From the NCBI GenBank assembly GCA_000091165.1, contig FP565575.1:720001-752000 (forward strand): DNA of 32,000 bases, read 5' to 3'. Below the pieces are notes generated by a model, which made no database searches, had not been told where the DNA came from, and saw nothing but the letters and a program-made list of their open reading frames with translations. The stretch's first letter is position 1. The number at the start of each line of letters is the position of its first letter. Source of the stretch: Candidatus Methylomirabilis oxygeniifera. Its GTDB lineage: Bacteria > Methylomirabilota > Methylomirabilia > Methylomirabilales > Methylomirabilaceae. Below are positions 19,818 to 28,558 of this stretch, piece by piece. A program made the position numbers and the translations under genes.

Positions 19818-19869
19818 ACAATTCTCCTTCTATCTTCTGGAACCAACCGATCAATGGTGAATTTGAATA

Positions 19870-19898
19870 AATATAGCCGAAACCGTGTAGTAAGTCAC
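19870..19898 (-). promoter_or_regulatory. Candidate sigma-70 promoter for gltBD (GTGACT, 17-nt spacer, TATATT)
   Basis: The minus strand has GTGACT (19898..19893), a 17-nt spacer and TATATT (19875..19870), ~50 nt upstream of the gltB start. Motif match only. Confidence 0.3.
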
Positions 19899-20115
19899 GT
19901 GAAATACGGTCACACTGAGCAACGGGTCATGCTCTCCTGCGCGGGTCCCCCTGAAAGACGAGGGGTAAAACGAGCAGTGGAGATCCCTCAGCAGATTGGG
20001 CATAGTTTGATAGCGTTCTTCGATTCCGCTGTCAAGCGGAAAGTCGTGGGGTTACGAAAGATTCGGAGAACGTTGTGCGTCTCGACCGGGGAACGTTGCT
20101 GTATAATAGAAACAA

Positions 20116-22590
20116 ATGATAAAAAAATGGCTCACCGTTACGAGTGATGACATGAAAGCCAATGTCGTCCGGTTCACCGGTATCCTGACAAGTCGGATCG
20201 GGTTGGTGCGCAAACTAAAAAAGGTTGTCCGACCGGCTGTTCCGATTCTCTCGACTCTTCTTCTTCTCTCCTTTCCTATTGTGTCCGGGGGACTGCTTGC
20301 CCTGCACCTGAATGGTTTCTTCGCGTGGCCCGATTTCTCTCGGATACAGGACCGTCGTGAAACGAGCATGCTGTATGCGGAGGATGGTGAACTGTTAAGG
20401 GAGTACTGCACCTACTGCCGTAAGATAGCCACACTGTCCGAGATGGGCCACTTTCCAAAACTGGCGGTATTAGTAGAGGATACCGCATTTGAGAAACGCC
20501 TGACGCCGGTCAGCGGTCGCGGTATGGTGCGGGCGTTGTGGCAGGACCTGAAGACGCTGAGCCTCCAGCAGGGAGGATCGACCATTACGCAGCAGGTTGC
20601 GCGTATCCTGTTTGCGGAAGAAGAGCTCCGACGTGAACAGGAGAGGAAATCCTTGAGCGCCACATTGTGGCGGAAGGGAAGAGAGTTGTGGTTCGCGATG
20701 CTGCTTGAGGGGCACGTGGACAGAGCGAAAATCCTCGAGTTGTATCTCAACAATGTTTTTTGCGGACACGGGCGATACGGGGTCAAAGCCTGCAGTCAAT
20801 ACTACTTCCATAAGGAGCCGTCCGAGTTGTCGATTCCAGAAGCTGCCATGATGATCGGGACCTGGCGAACCCCGCAGTATTCTCCCTTCATCAATCCGGA
20901 AGAGGCAGTAAAGCTTCGAGGACGGGTGCTCGGCCAACTCGTCAGCGAGAAGGTTATGACCGAGGCGCAGCAAGAAGAATGGCAAAAGCTGCCGCTCCCC
21001 AAGCGACAGGATCGCGACCCATGCCGAGCGCTCCATGTCGCCGAATTCGTTCGACGACGGATCGTTCAGACCACACGCCTGGTCGATCAAGGGTTAAAGG
21101 TGCATACCAGCATCAACTGCGGCTGGCAGCGAGCGGCGGCCGATGCCCTCCACGAGTCGATGGAGACCATGAAGGCTCGGAATCCCGCGTTGACGGATTT
21201 GTGGGGGGTCGTCGTCCTTCTCGATGCCGGAACCGGGGCGATTAAAGTCTTTGCGCAAGAACCGGCATTTCAGGAAAATGAATATCTGCTGAATCAGATC
21301 AAGCGACACTGCGGCTCGGCCTGTAAGCCTTTCTTTTATGCGACATGGATCCTGAAGGGCGGAAGACTCTCATGTCAGGATCGGGGCACAGGACCCTGCC
21401 GATTGGACGATTCCTACGGCACTACGGACGGCAAGTCGGCGCTCTCACTCGCTATGGGCAAGGGCCGTGGCAGGCATCGTATCCAGAACTTCCCCTATGA
21501 ATCACTTGTACGATATACCGGTATCAGCGAGCCGATCCGTTGCCTCGCCGAATCACGGAACGCCTGCACCATGAGTGCCATTAGAGACGTTCGAGCCGCC
21601 GTCCGGGGATCACGGGTACCGAGACTTGTCTACAAAGAGGAGATACTCGGGCTCATGGCCCGACTGGGTATGCAGTTGCCGACGATGGAACCGGAACGCG
21701 CCAGGCGGGAAGGCATCCGGCTTATTACGTCCGAGGTTGCGCAGCGGTTCGGGCTTCCCGAGCACACGATCGATCCGGGACTGACGGTTGCCATCGGGTC
21801 AATTGACGTCTCGCCCCTCGATATGGCTGTCGCCCTGGCCGGACTCATGGGGAGTCGGGTCGAGCCCTACGCGATCGAGGAGATCGAGGGGCCATCCGGC
21901 GATGTGGTATACGACACCACGCCGAAGGAGTCTGAGAATATCTTTCAGAAAATCGTTGAGGAGGATCTGGTCGCAAAGCGTCGGTTGGAAAAGGTGCGGA
22001 ACGGCTTCAGCGGCGAACTGACCGTCGAAGAAAAGAAGAAGATTGAGGCAGACGCGAAACAGGCGGCCGAGACGTTGGTGTTGGCAATAACTCGCGGGCT
22101 TCGCGCGCCCGTCGAACTTGCGCATGGGACCGGGAGGCTGGCAACAACGGGCGATCCGGTGAGAGGTATACCGAAGTTGGATGTCCCGGTGACGGGGAAG
22201 ACCGGCACCGCCACCAACGAGCAGGGAGAAACCACGGACAACTGGTTTTATGGCTGTTCACCTTCTTACTGCATGGCGGTGTGGATCGGACGGGAAAAGA
22301 AACAGCCGATGGAAACAGCGATTGAAGCGCCCAACGGCCGGAAAGTCAAGGTGCAAGAGACCGGAGGTCGCAATGCGTTGCCCGTGTTTATCAAGACGAT
22401 GAAAGCGATCTACGATAATCGTCTTATAGAGACATTTCCGGAGGCAACGGATCCGAAGAAGCCGTTTCAGTTCTCGCTGCCGCCATCGGTCTTTTTTCTC
22501 GTGATGCCGGAGGAGGAGACGGGTACCCTGCATGTTCCAGAACGGTTCAGAGAGGAAGGGGCGAGTTCTGATGACCCAGATGACTTCTAA
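20116..22590 (+). CDS. Divergent class A penicillin-binding protein (GT51 glycosyltransferase + transpeptidase)
   Basis: N-terminal membrane anchor (VPILSTLLLLSFPIVSGGLLAL). GT51 motifs: VEDTAF, GGSTITQQ, RKGRE, KILELYLN, RGRVL. Transpeptidase motifs: SACK (SxxK), SRN (SxN), KTGT. TATAAT at 20102..20107 sits just upstream, so the real start may be the ATG at 20152. Confidence 0.85.
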   Translation: MIKKWLTVTSDDMKANVVRFTGILTSRIGLVRKLKKVVRPAVPILSTLLLLSFPIVSGGLLALHLNGFFAWPDFSRIQDRRETSMLYAEDGELLREYCTYCRKIATLSEMGHFPKLAVLVEDTAFEKRLTPVSGRGMVRALWQDLKTLSLQQGGSTITQQVARILFAEEELRREQERKSLSATLWRKGRELWFAMLLEGHVDRAKILELYLNNVFCGHGRYGVKACSQYYFHKEPSELSIPEAAMMIGTWRTPQYSPFINPEEAVKLRGRVLGQLVSEKVMTEAQQEEWQKLPLPKRQDRDPCRALHVAEFVRRRIVQTTRLVDQGLKVHTSINCGWQRAAADALHESMETMKARNPALTDLWGVVVLLDAGTGAIKVFAQEPAFQENEYLLNQIKRHCGSACKPFFYATWILKGGRLSCQDRGTGPCRLDDSYGTTDGKSALSLAMGKGRGRHRIQNFPYESLVRYTGISEPIRCLAESRNACTMSAIRDVRAAVRGSRVPRLVYKEEILGLMARLGMQLPTMEPERARREGIRLITSEVAQRFGLPEHTIDPGLTVAIGSIDVSPLDMAVALAGLMGSRVEPYAIEEIEGPSGDVVYDTTPKESENIFQKIVEEDLVAKRRLEKVRNGFSGELTVEEKKKIEADAKQAAETLVLAITRGLRAPVELAHGTGRLATTGDPVRGIPKLDVPVTGKTGTATNEQGETTDNWFYGCSPSYCMAVWIGREKKQPMETAIEAPNGRKVKVQETGGRNALPVFIKTMKAIYDNRLIETFPEATDPKKPFQFSLPPSVFFLVMPEEETGTLHVPERFREEGASSDDPDDF

Positions 22591-23947
22591 TCCTCGCAAT
22601 GACGCCGGTAACAGGAACCATCGAGCCAAGCTCAGCGCTTTTCTTGCGTGTGTAGCCGTCATCCTGTTCGGGTTGCTCGCAAACAGTTATCAGGCGTTGG
22701 CTCAGCCCCTGCTCCTTGAAAAGATCAAAGAAGCCCGGAATCGACTGGAGGGGTTGGAGTTGAACCATCAGTTTACCATGGTTCAAGGGGTGGTTCCCGT
22801 TGCGGGGCGATCGAAAGGACGAGGACGAAAAGCTGCTGTCCGGCACGTAAAGCATCAGGGACTGAAACGGGACGTGGCGGTCGTGGGGCTGAATAGTAAG
22901 ACCGGGGAGTTGAAAGATTTCACCTTTACGGAAACCGTTCTACTTGAGCGTAAGAAACGCCCCAGCGTGAAGCCTCCTCAAATCATCGCTGAAGAGAACG
23001 ACTGTAAATTGCTCTGGCGCGGCGGAAGCCGATGGGGCTTTAACAGGGATCTGCTGCTCACCTGCGATGGTAAGGAGTTCGTCATCATCAACCTGACGAT
23101 GTGGACCTCGCGGACAGCGCGCACCGTGGTGGTCGACAAAAACACCGGCAGACGGACATGCCGCCAAGGCTCAGCAGAACAGCTTCTCGGTTCCTATGTC
23201 CCGTACTCTCCGGAACTCCATACGCCGGACGTTGCAGAAGAAGGACGCAGGTATCTGGAGCGGGCAATACTTCAAGCCCTTCAGGATCTGGACGACCTTC
23301 ACGTGACATCCAAGACGTTTACTGACCAGAACCTGAGTGATCTCGCCTCAATTGACTTCATTCATGCCCTACTCGTTGATGAGCACATGGATCCGGACGA
23401 ATTCAAAAAACATGAGGAAAACGGGACGCTGTCCAGACTTATCGAAAAGTATTGGGTGGAGGTCGCCATCAATCAGGGCTCAGCGTTCAGGATGAGCGTT
23501 TCTCCGGCCGGGGCAACAGGCATCAGTCAGTTTATCTGTCCCACCTACGCGCGGATTCTTGATGAATCTCCACAAGCCAAGCTTGACCCGGTGTTTGTGC
23601 GCGGTATGCAGGATCATGTCAATGCTGTGAAGGCGTCAATCACCCTTTTTGACTCCGACATGTCATCCTGGTGGACTCCAACGGTCAGAAAGATCTGTTC
23701 TGTCTCCACTGAAATGCTCGAAGACTGCTGGGCGGCTTCGTATAACGGAGGCCCCAATAGACTGAACCTGGTGATCGCAAGGCGCGGGAAGGACTGGGTT
23801 GAGAAAGAAACAATGATCCGGAGTACGCGTCGCTACTTCGCCTCCCGACTTAAGGAGGAGACCTATACGTATCTCGCGAAGCTTGGCAGTATACGAGAGT
23901 ATCTCCTAGCCCTTGAACAAAATGCCCCATCAGCACCGAATCCTTAA
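22571..23947 (+). CDS. Membrane-anchored or secreted protein with a C-terminal SLT-like (lytic transglycosylase family 1) domain. The catalytic Glu position is occupied by Gln.
   Basis: N-terminal hydrophobic anchor LSAFLACVAVILFGLLANSYQALA. The C-terminal region AINQGSAFRMSVSPAGATGISQFICPTY ... WAASYNGGPNRL parallels the SLT motifs ES-F-P-AVSPAGA-GLMQ and AYNAGP. The ATG at 22571 (GGAAGGGG upstream) overlaps the end of the PBP gene by 20 nt. Confidence 0.7.
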   Translation: MTQMTSNPRNDAGNRNHRAKLSAFLACVAVILFGLLANSYQALAQPLLLEKIKEARNRLEGLELNHQFTMVQGVVPVAGRSKGRGRKAAVRHVKHQGLKRDVAVVGLNSKTGELKDFTFTETVLLERKKRPSVKPPQIIAEENDCKLLWRGGSRWGFNRDLLLTCDGKEFVIINLTMWTSRTARTVVVDKNTGRRTCRQGSAEQLLGSYVPYSPELHTPDVAEEGRRYLERAILQALQDLDDLHVTSKTFTDQNLSDLASIDFIHALLVDEHMDPDEFKKHEENGTLSRLIEKYWVEVAINQGSAFRMSVSPAGATGISQFICPTYARILDESPQAKLDPVFVRGMQDHVNAVKASITLFDSDMSSWWTPTVRKICSVSTEMLEDCWAASYNGGPNRLNLVIARRGKDWVEKETMIRSTRRYFASRLKEETYTYLAKLGSIREYLLALEQNAPSAPNP

Positions 23948-24211
23948 AGCGAAGCGATGTGAAAGCGTCATCCAGCCTCTAAAGATATACATCTTATCCT
24001 ATTGTATTTATAGGATTAGTTAAATGTCGATCGGCCGTTTTATGTGCTGGGGACCGTCGTTGTACGGAATTGAGGGTGGAAGACACAATTTTATATCAGG
24101 CTCCCAGCCGTTTTAAGATGAAGGGGATATATTGGGAATAGTATTGTTGTTCGATCGGTCAGCCGAGGTGACTTATGAGCAGAGTGAGAGGGCAAGCTCG
24201 CTACAATTTAG

Positions 24212-24241
24212 TTGACAGTGGCTGGTGGAGAAGTGTACAAA
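24212..24241 (+). promoter_or_regulatory. Candidate sigma-70 promoter (TTGACA, 18-nt spacer, TACAAA) upstream of the 95-aa gene
   Basis: Consensus -35 at 24212..24217 and TACAAA at 24236..24241. It would give a ~120-nt leader. Motif match only. Confidence 0.3.
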
Positions 24242-24364
24242 GGTCATCGCGTGATGGTCCCTGCGTAAAGGACTGAGTGATCCCGCTGGAGTCGTTTGTG
24301 GCGAAATGGATGGGAGAATGAAAGGCTACTGTAGCTTACACCCGATGTCAAAGGAGGAGCAACG

Positions 24365-24652
24365 ATGATCTACCACATCATGTGTGAAGTCGCACCAGGG
24401 AAAGAAGACGCATTGGATGCCTTCTTAGTCGGTAAAATGAAAAAATTCTGGCTCGCCAACCAAGGGGTCTCGAGGTTCCACATCTATGGGGACCACTTGG
24501 CGAATAAGTTGGAGCGGGTCATTACGATTGAGGTCGGCGACTTCAGCAACTTCGATAAGATTTTGGCGCTCGATGAGCGCAAGGCGCTTCGTAGCGAGCT
24601 CATGGAGTTAGCCACAAATGTGCAGAGTCGGATTATGGAGGTCATCGAGTAA
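24365..24652 (+). CDS. Hypothetical 95-aa protein, possibly a ferredoxin-like alpha+beta (Dabb/EthD-like) fold
   Basis: Strong RBS AAAGGAGGAG 5 nt upstream of the ATG, and a strong terminator directly downstream. I recognise no family motif; the fold guess comes from the alternating beta/alpha pattern only. Confidence 0.65.
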   Translation: MIYHIMCEVAPGKEDALDAFLVGKMKKFWLANQGVSRFHIYGDHLANKLERVITIEVGDFSNFDKILALDERKALRSELMELATNVQSRIMEVIE

Positions 24653-24680
24653 ATCTTACGAGTGACGGCGGCTCTCAAAA

Positions 24681-24717
24681 GGAAGGAGGTCCTGATGTCG
24701 GACCTCCTTCCTTTTTT
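24681..24717 (+). terminator. Rho-independent terminator, usable from both convergent genes
   Basis: Perfect 12-bp stem GGAAGGAGGTCC / GGACCTCCTTCC with loop TGATGTC, followed by TTTTTTG. On the opposite strand the stem is followed by TTTTGAGAG. It lies between the convergent stops at 24652 and 24729. Confidence 0.8.
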
Positions 24718-24728
24718 GTAGGTCTGTG

Positions 24729-25517
24729 CTACTCGGTTACCTTACCAAGGAATCCGAGTAGAATACGGTTGAACACCTCCGGCTGCTCCAGGTTGCACAG
24801 GTGCGACGCCGAGGGGAGGGTGGCAAGCTCGGAGGAGGGGAGGGCGGCGCAAATCTCATGCGCCATGGTCACTGGAGTCCCCGGATCGTTTTCGCCTGCG
24901 ATGACGAGAGCCGGGCAGCGGATCTCACCGAGACGATCGGTAACGTCGATGGTAGGAATCGCGTAGCAGCAGCCGATATACCCCTGCGGAGGCGTGCTCC
25001 TGATCATGGCGCGCACAGTGTCCATCACACCCTGGCGACGTTCTCGAAACGGTGCCGTGAACCATCGCTCAAGCGCCGGCTCCACCAACGGTTCCATGCC
25101 CTTCGCCTCCACCGCGCGGATACGTTCCTCCCAGGCCGACCGGGCCGCCGTCGGGTAGCGGCTGGTGGTGGAGGAAAGGATCAGACTTCGGACCATCGAC
25201 GGGTACTTGAGCGCAAAGATCTGGCCGATCATCCCGCCCATCGAGATTCCTACGAAGTGTGTTTGTGCGACGCCAAGCACGTTGAGCAGTCCGTATACGT
25301 CGTCAGCCATCTGTTCGAGGCTGTAGGGTTCAGGCGGCGCGCTGGTCCGGCCATGCCCTCGCGTATCGTATCTGAGCACCCGGTAGCGTGTGCTGAGCGC
25401 CTTCGCCTGTTCATCCCAGAGGGCGAGATTGCACCCGAGGGCATGGCTCATGGTCACAACCGGGCCCTCTCCATCGATCGTGTAGTAGATGTCGATACCG
25501 TTGGCTGTAATCTTCAT
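24729..25517 (-). CDS. Alpha/beta-fold hydrolase, 3-oxoadipate enol-lactonase-like
   Basis: MKITANGIDIYYTIDGEGPVVTMSHALGCNLALWDEQAKAL..RVLRYDTRGHGRTS..FVGISMGGMIGQ (nucleophile elbow G-x-S-x-G). The ATG at 25517 with GGGAGG upstream is preferred over the ORF-track start at 25598. Confidence 0.85.
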   Translation of the reverse strand: MKITANGIDIYYTIDGEGPVVTMSHALGCNLALWDEQAKALSTRYRVLRYDTRGHGRTSAPPEPYSLEQMADDVYGLLNVLGVAQTHFVGISMGGMIGQIFALKYPSMVRSLILSSTTSRYPTAARSAWEERIRAVEAKGMEPLVEPALERWFTAPFRERRQGVMDTVRAMIRSTPPQGYIGCCYAIPTIDVTDRLGEIRCPALVIAGENDPGTPVTMAHEICAALPSSELATLPSASHLCNLEQPEVFNRILLGFLGKVTE

Positions 25518-25601
25518 CCTGCCTCCCTTAGAGCTATTGGCAGTGGGCGGTGGCCGGTCCGAAGCGATCGGTCTTCCAACCACTAACCACTCATTCACTG
25601 C

Positions 25602-26204
25602 TCACTGTGAGTAGCCGTTGACGTAGGGGAGGCTTCCGGCGACCCGGTTGATCTCATGTTCCACCTCCAGCAGGACGCCCATCGCGTTCCAGGTCCCAGC
25701 CAGGAGCTGATTGCGAGCTCCGTCCGGAATCATGGCCGGGATGCTCCGCTCGCCGATACGTACCAAGCGGTGCTCGATATCAAGCAACACTTCCTGCTCC
25801 GGGTGCTGCGACACGGCCTCTCCTAACCGGGCGAGGCACTCACCATCCAGCGTCAGGCAAGGGAGCCCAATCGCTGTGCAGTTACCGAAGAAGATCTCGG
25901 CGAACGACTCGCCCACGATGCCCCGGATGCCCCAGCGCCTGAGCGCCTCAGGCGCATGCTCTCGCGAGGAGCCGCAGCCGAAGTTTTGGCCGACAACCAG
26001 GATTGTCGCCCCCTGATAACGAGCCTGATTGAACGGGTGATCCGGCATCTGGCGGCGGTCGTCCTCAAAGACGTGCGCTTCGAGACCCTCGAAGGTGATA
26101 CATTTCAGGAAGCGGGCGGGAATGATCCGGTCGGTGTCGATGTCGTTGCCGGGCAGCGGTATTGCGCGACCGCAGATCTCGCGTCGAGTGTCGTTCTGTC
26201 TCAC
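25602..26204 (-). CDS. leuD: 3-isopropylmalate dehydratase small subunit
   Basis: Aconitase swivel domain: [31 protein letters not shown]. The GTG start overlaps the leuC stop (GTGA). Confidence 0.88.
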   Translation of the reverse strand: MRQNDTRREICGRAIPLPGNDIDTDRIIPARFLKCITFEGLEAHVFEDDRRQMPDHPFNQARYQGATILVVGQNFGCGSSREHAPEALRRWGIRGIVGESFAEIFFGNCTAIGLPCLTLDGECLARLGEAVSQHPEQEVLLDIEHRLVRIGERSIPAMIPDGARNQLLAGTWNAMGVLLEVEHEINRVAGSLPYVNGYSQ

Positions 26205-27604
26205 GGCAGCATCTCCCGCACGTCGACGATCTGCCCCCGAATGGCCGCCGCGGCCACCATAGCCGGGCTCATGAGGAGGGTACGGCCCGTGGGGCTTCCC
26301 ATCCGCCCCTTGAAGTTCCGGTTGCTGGACGCGGCGCAGATCTCCCGGCCTGTCAACTTATCCTCATTCATCCCGAGGCAGAGCGAGCAGCCGGCCTTGC
26401 GCCATTCAAACCCGGCCTCCAGGAAGATTTCGTGGAGTCCCTCGGTCTCAGCCGCCCTGGCCACCGCCTGGGATCCTGGAACGACAAGCGCCCGCATTCC
26501 CTTCGCCACCTTTCGCCCCCTGACAACCTGGGCCGCAATCCGTAAGTCAGAGAGACGCCCGTTAGTACAGGAGCCAATGAACGCGACATCGATCGAGGTT
26601 CCGGCGATCGGCTGGCCGGACTCAAGTTCCATGAAGACCAGCGCTTCGGCCCAGGCAGCCCGGTCCACATCGGGTGCGTCGTTGGGATGCGGAATCCGCT
26701 CGCTCACTCCTATCGATTGCCCGGGGTTGATACCCCAGGTGAGCATCGGCTCGATCGAGGGGGCGTCCAGTCGCACGACATCGTCGAAGCCGGCGTCAGG
26801 GTCGGTTGTCATGTTGCTCCACCAGGCTACGGCTCGATCAAACGCTTCGCCCTGCGGCGCGAACGGGCGTCCCTTCAGGTATTCGAAGGTAATTGTGTCG
26901 GGGTTCACATAGCCGACGCGCGCGCCGCCCTCGATGCTCATGTTGCAGATGGTCAGGCGCTCCTCCATCGACATCGCCGTGACGGCCGAGCCGGCGTACT
27001 CATAGGCGTAACCCACTCCGCCATTCACACCTAACCTGCCAATGATCGCGAGGATTACGTCCTTGGCGTAGACCCCACGCGTGAGCCTCCCCTCTACCCG
27101 GATTTGTCGGAGCTTTGGTTTCGCCATCGCCAGACATTGAGTCGCCAGGATATCCCGCACCTGGCTGGTGCCGATGCCGAACGCCAGCGCCCCCAGCGCC
27201 CCGTGGGTAGAGGTATGGCTGTCGCCGCAGGCGATGGTCATGCCCGGGTGGGTCAGGCCAAGCTCCGGTCCGATGACGTGAACGATCCCCTGCCGCTCAT
27301 TCTCCAGGTTAAAGAACGGGACACCGAACTCCTTACAGTTTCTGGCCAGGTGGACGGCCATCTCCTCAGCCATCGGGTCGGCGAAGGGGCGGAGCTGAGA
27401 GGCGGTCGGAACGATGTGGTCGATGGTTGCAAAGGTCCGCTTGGGATAGCGGACTGTGAGTCCCGCCTCCCGCAGCATCTGGAAAGCCTGAGGGCTGGTC
27501 ACCTCGTGGATCAGGTGCAGACCGATGAAAAGCTGTGTCTGTCCCGAGGGAAGCGTTCGAACCGTGTGGGCTCGCCAGACTTTATCGAGGAGGGTGTCGG
27601 CCAT
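26201..27604 (-). CDS. leuC: 3-isopropylmalate dehydratase large subunit
   Basis: 467 aa, aconitase family: [58 protein letters not shown]. Confidence 0.92.
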   Translation of the reverse strand: MADTLLDKVWRAHTVRTLPSGQTQLFIGLHLIHEVTSPQAFQMLREAGLTVRYPKRTFATIDHIVPTASQLRPFADPMAEEMAVHLARNCKEFGVPFFNLENERQGIVHVIGPELGLTHPGMTIACGDSHTSTHGALGALAFGIGTSQVRDILATQCLAMAKPKLRQIRVEGRLTRGVYAKDVILAIIGRLGVNGGVGYAYEYAGSAVTAMSMEERLTICNMSIEGGARVGYVNPDTITFEYLKGRPFAPQGEAFDRAVAWWSNMTTDPDAGFDDVVRLDAPSIEPMLTWGINPGQSIGVSERIPHPNDAPDVDRAAWAEALVFMELESGQPIAGTSIDVAFIGSCTNGRLSDLRIAAQVVRGRKVAKGMRALVVPGSQAVARAAETEGLHEIFLEAGFEWRKAGCSLCLGMNEDKLTGREICAASSNRNFKGRMGSPTGRTLLMSPAMVAAAAIRGQIVDVREMLP

Positions 27605-27707
27605 AGCGTTGTTATTGTGCCAGAAGGTGGCGCCTGGCGCAAGCCTGTCGTCACGTCGGGTCGTGCGGACCAGTTGAGCCTTTGCTGCTCTTACGATTTC
27701 ATTTTGC

Positions 27708-27735
27708 TTGACACCTGCCTATACAGAGCTATGTT
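27708..27735 (+). promoter_or_regulatory. Candidate sigma-70 promoter (TTGACA, 16-nt spacer, TATGTT) for the secreted repeat protein
   Basis: TTGACA at 27708..27713 and TATGTT at 27730..27735, ~110 nt upstream of the ATG at 27848. Motif match only. Confidence 0.3.
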
Positions 27736-27847
27736 TAACGTGCTGTCATCTCAGCGAATTGACTCGGATCTCGTTTATCGCGGCTACTGAATGGGTTGCA
27801 GTGGCAGCGAGCCGATTCACGCAACCCACCTTCACAAGGAGTCCACG

Positions 27848-28219
27848 ATGATGAAACGAAGACTGATAGTGTCCGCGATGGCTACTGCCCTGTCTCTGTC
27901 TGCTGAGTTCGCATTAGCCGCTGACCCGGAGCCAACCAAGGAACAGGCTCAAACGCAGAAGCAGGAAGAAATCTACGGCAGCCAACTTATGACGCCCCAA
28001 GAACGAGCCGACCATCGCGCCAAAATGCGCGCGGCGAAGACGGCTGAGGAGCGAGAGAAAATCCGCAAGGAACAGCATAAGCTCATGCAAGAGCGTGCGA
28101 AGGCGCGTGGTCTGGCACTACCGGATGAGCCGCCTGCTATGGGTGGCGGCATGGGTCCCGGTGGTGGTATGGGACCAGGAGGTGGCGGCATGGGACCTGG
28201 TGGGCGTCGCGGCTACTAA
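27848..28219 (+). CDS. Secreted small protein with a charged helical core and a C-terminal (M-G-P-G-G-G) repeat tail
   Basis: The ATG at 27848 with AAGGAG 7 nt upstream is preferred over the ORF-track start at 27791. Signal peptide MMKRRLIVSAMATALSLSAEFALA. The core LMTPQERADHRAKMRAAKTAEEREKIRKEQHKLMQERAKARG resembles an LTxxQ-type (Spy/CpxP/ZraP-like) helix. The tail is GGGMGPGGGMGPGGGGMGPGG. Confidence 0.7.
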   Translation: MMKRRLIVSAMATALSLSAEFALAADPEPTKEQAQTQKQEEIYGSQLMTPQERADHRAKMRAAKTAEEREKIRKEQHKLMQERAKARGLALPDEPPAMGGGMGPGGGMGPGGGGMGPGGRRGY

Positions 28220-28232
28220 CTAAAATGACATA

Positions 28233-28529
28233 AAATAGGGACAGACACTATTATCGTGACGATTCGTGGTGGTTGCGGTCATGATCGTGCATGCCGCGAA
28301 TTGCTCGAACCGTTGCTCCGGCCACCCATATCATGTGACGCAATGAGGGAATGATCACCAGGCGGTCTTTCGGAACGACAGCGATTCGAAGGCACACGAT
28401 GACAGAGCGGCCACTGCAAAGAGACGGGTTCATCTGGGAGGTGCGCAGGAAACTGAACGAGTAAGACACGTGTTGCAGACGGGAAGACCAAGAAAGGATT
28501 TCAAGAAATAATGTCTGTCCCTGTATCCC
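28233..28529 (+). mobile_element. ~300-bp TIR-bounded non-autonomous element carrying a decayed RAYT/IS200-like transposase N-terminus (copy 1)
   Basis: Left end AATAGGGACAGACACTATTAT; reverse complement of the right end ACAGGGACAGACATTATT. It aligns end to end with 29677..29977. Confidence 0.6.
28291..28511 (+). pseudogene. Truncated, frameshifted Y1 (HUH) REP-associated tyrosine transposase fragment
   Basis: The ATG at 28291 gives MPRIARTVAP. After a 1-nt frame slip it reads GHPYHVTQ*GNDHQAVFRNDSD, with TGA where Arg is expected in the conserved HVTQRGN motif. The sequence degenerates after ~70 codons. Confidence 0.6.
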
Positions 28530-28558
28530 ATGGCTGAGTAGGAGGGAAGGGAAACATC

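Noticed and set aside
27605-27790. Looked for a leucine leader peptide, attenuator or T-box upstream of leuC, and for a sigma-54 promoter (TGGCACAATAACAAC on the minus strand, adjacent to the start codon).
   Set aside because: There is no Leu-rich mini-ORF and no terminator/antiterminator pair. The TGGCAC has no TTGC at the -12 position and abuts the start codon.
28141-28200. Short tandem repeat GGCATGGG(T/A)CC(C/A)GG(T/A)GG..., which could be mistaken for a non-coding microsatellite or CRISPR-like repeat.
   Set aside because: It is in frame within the secreted protein gene and encodes the MGPGGG tail. There are only three units and no spacers.
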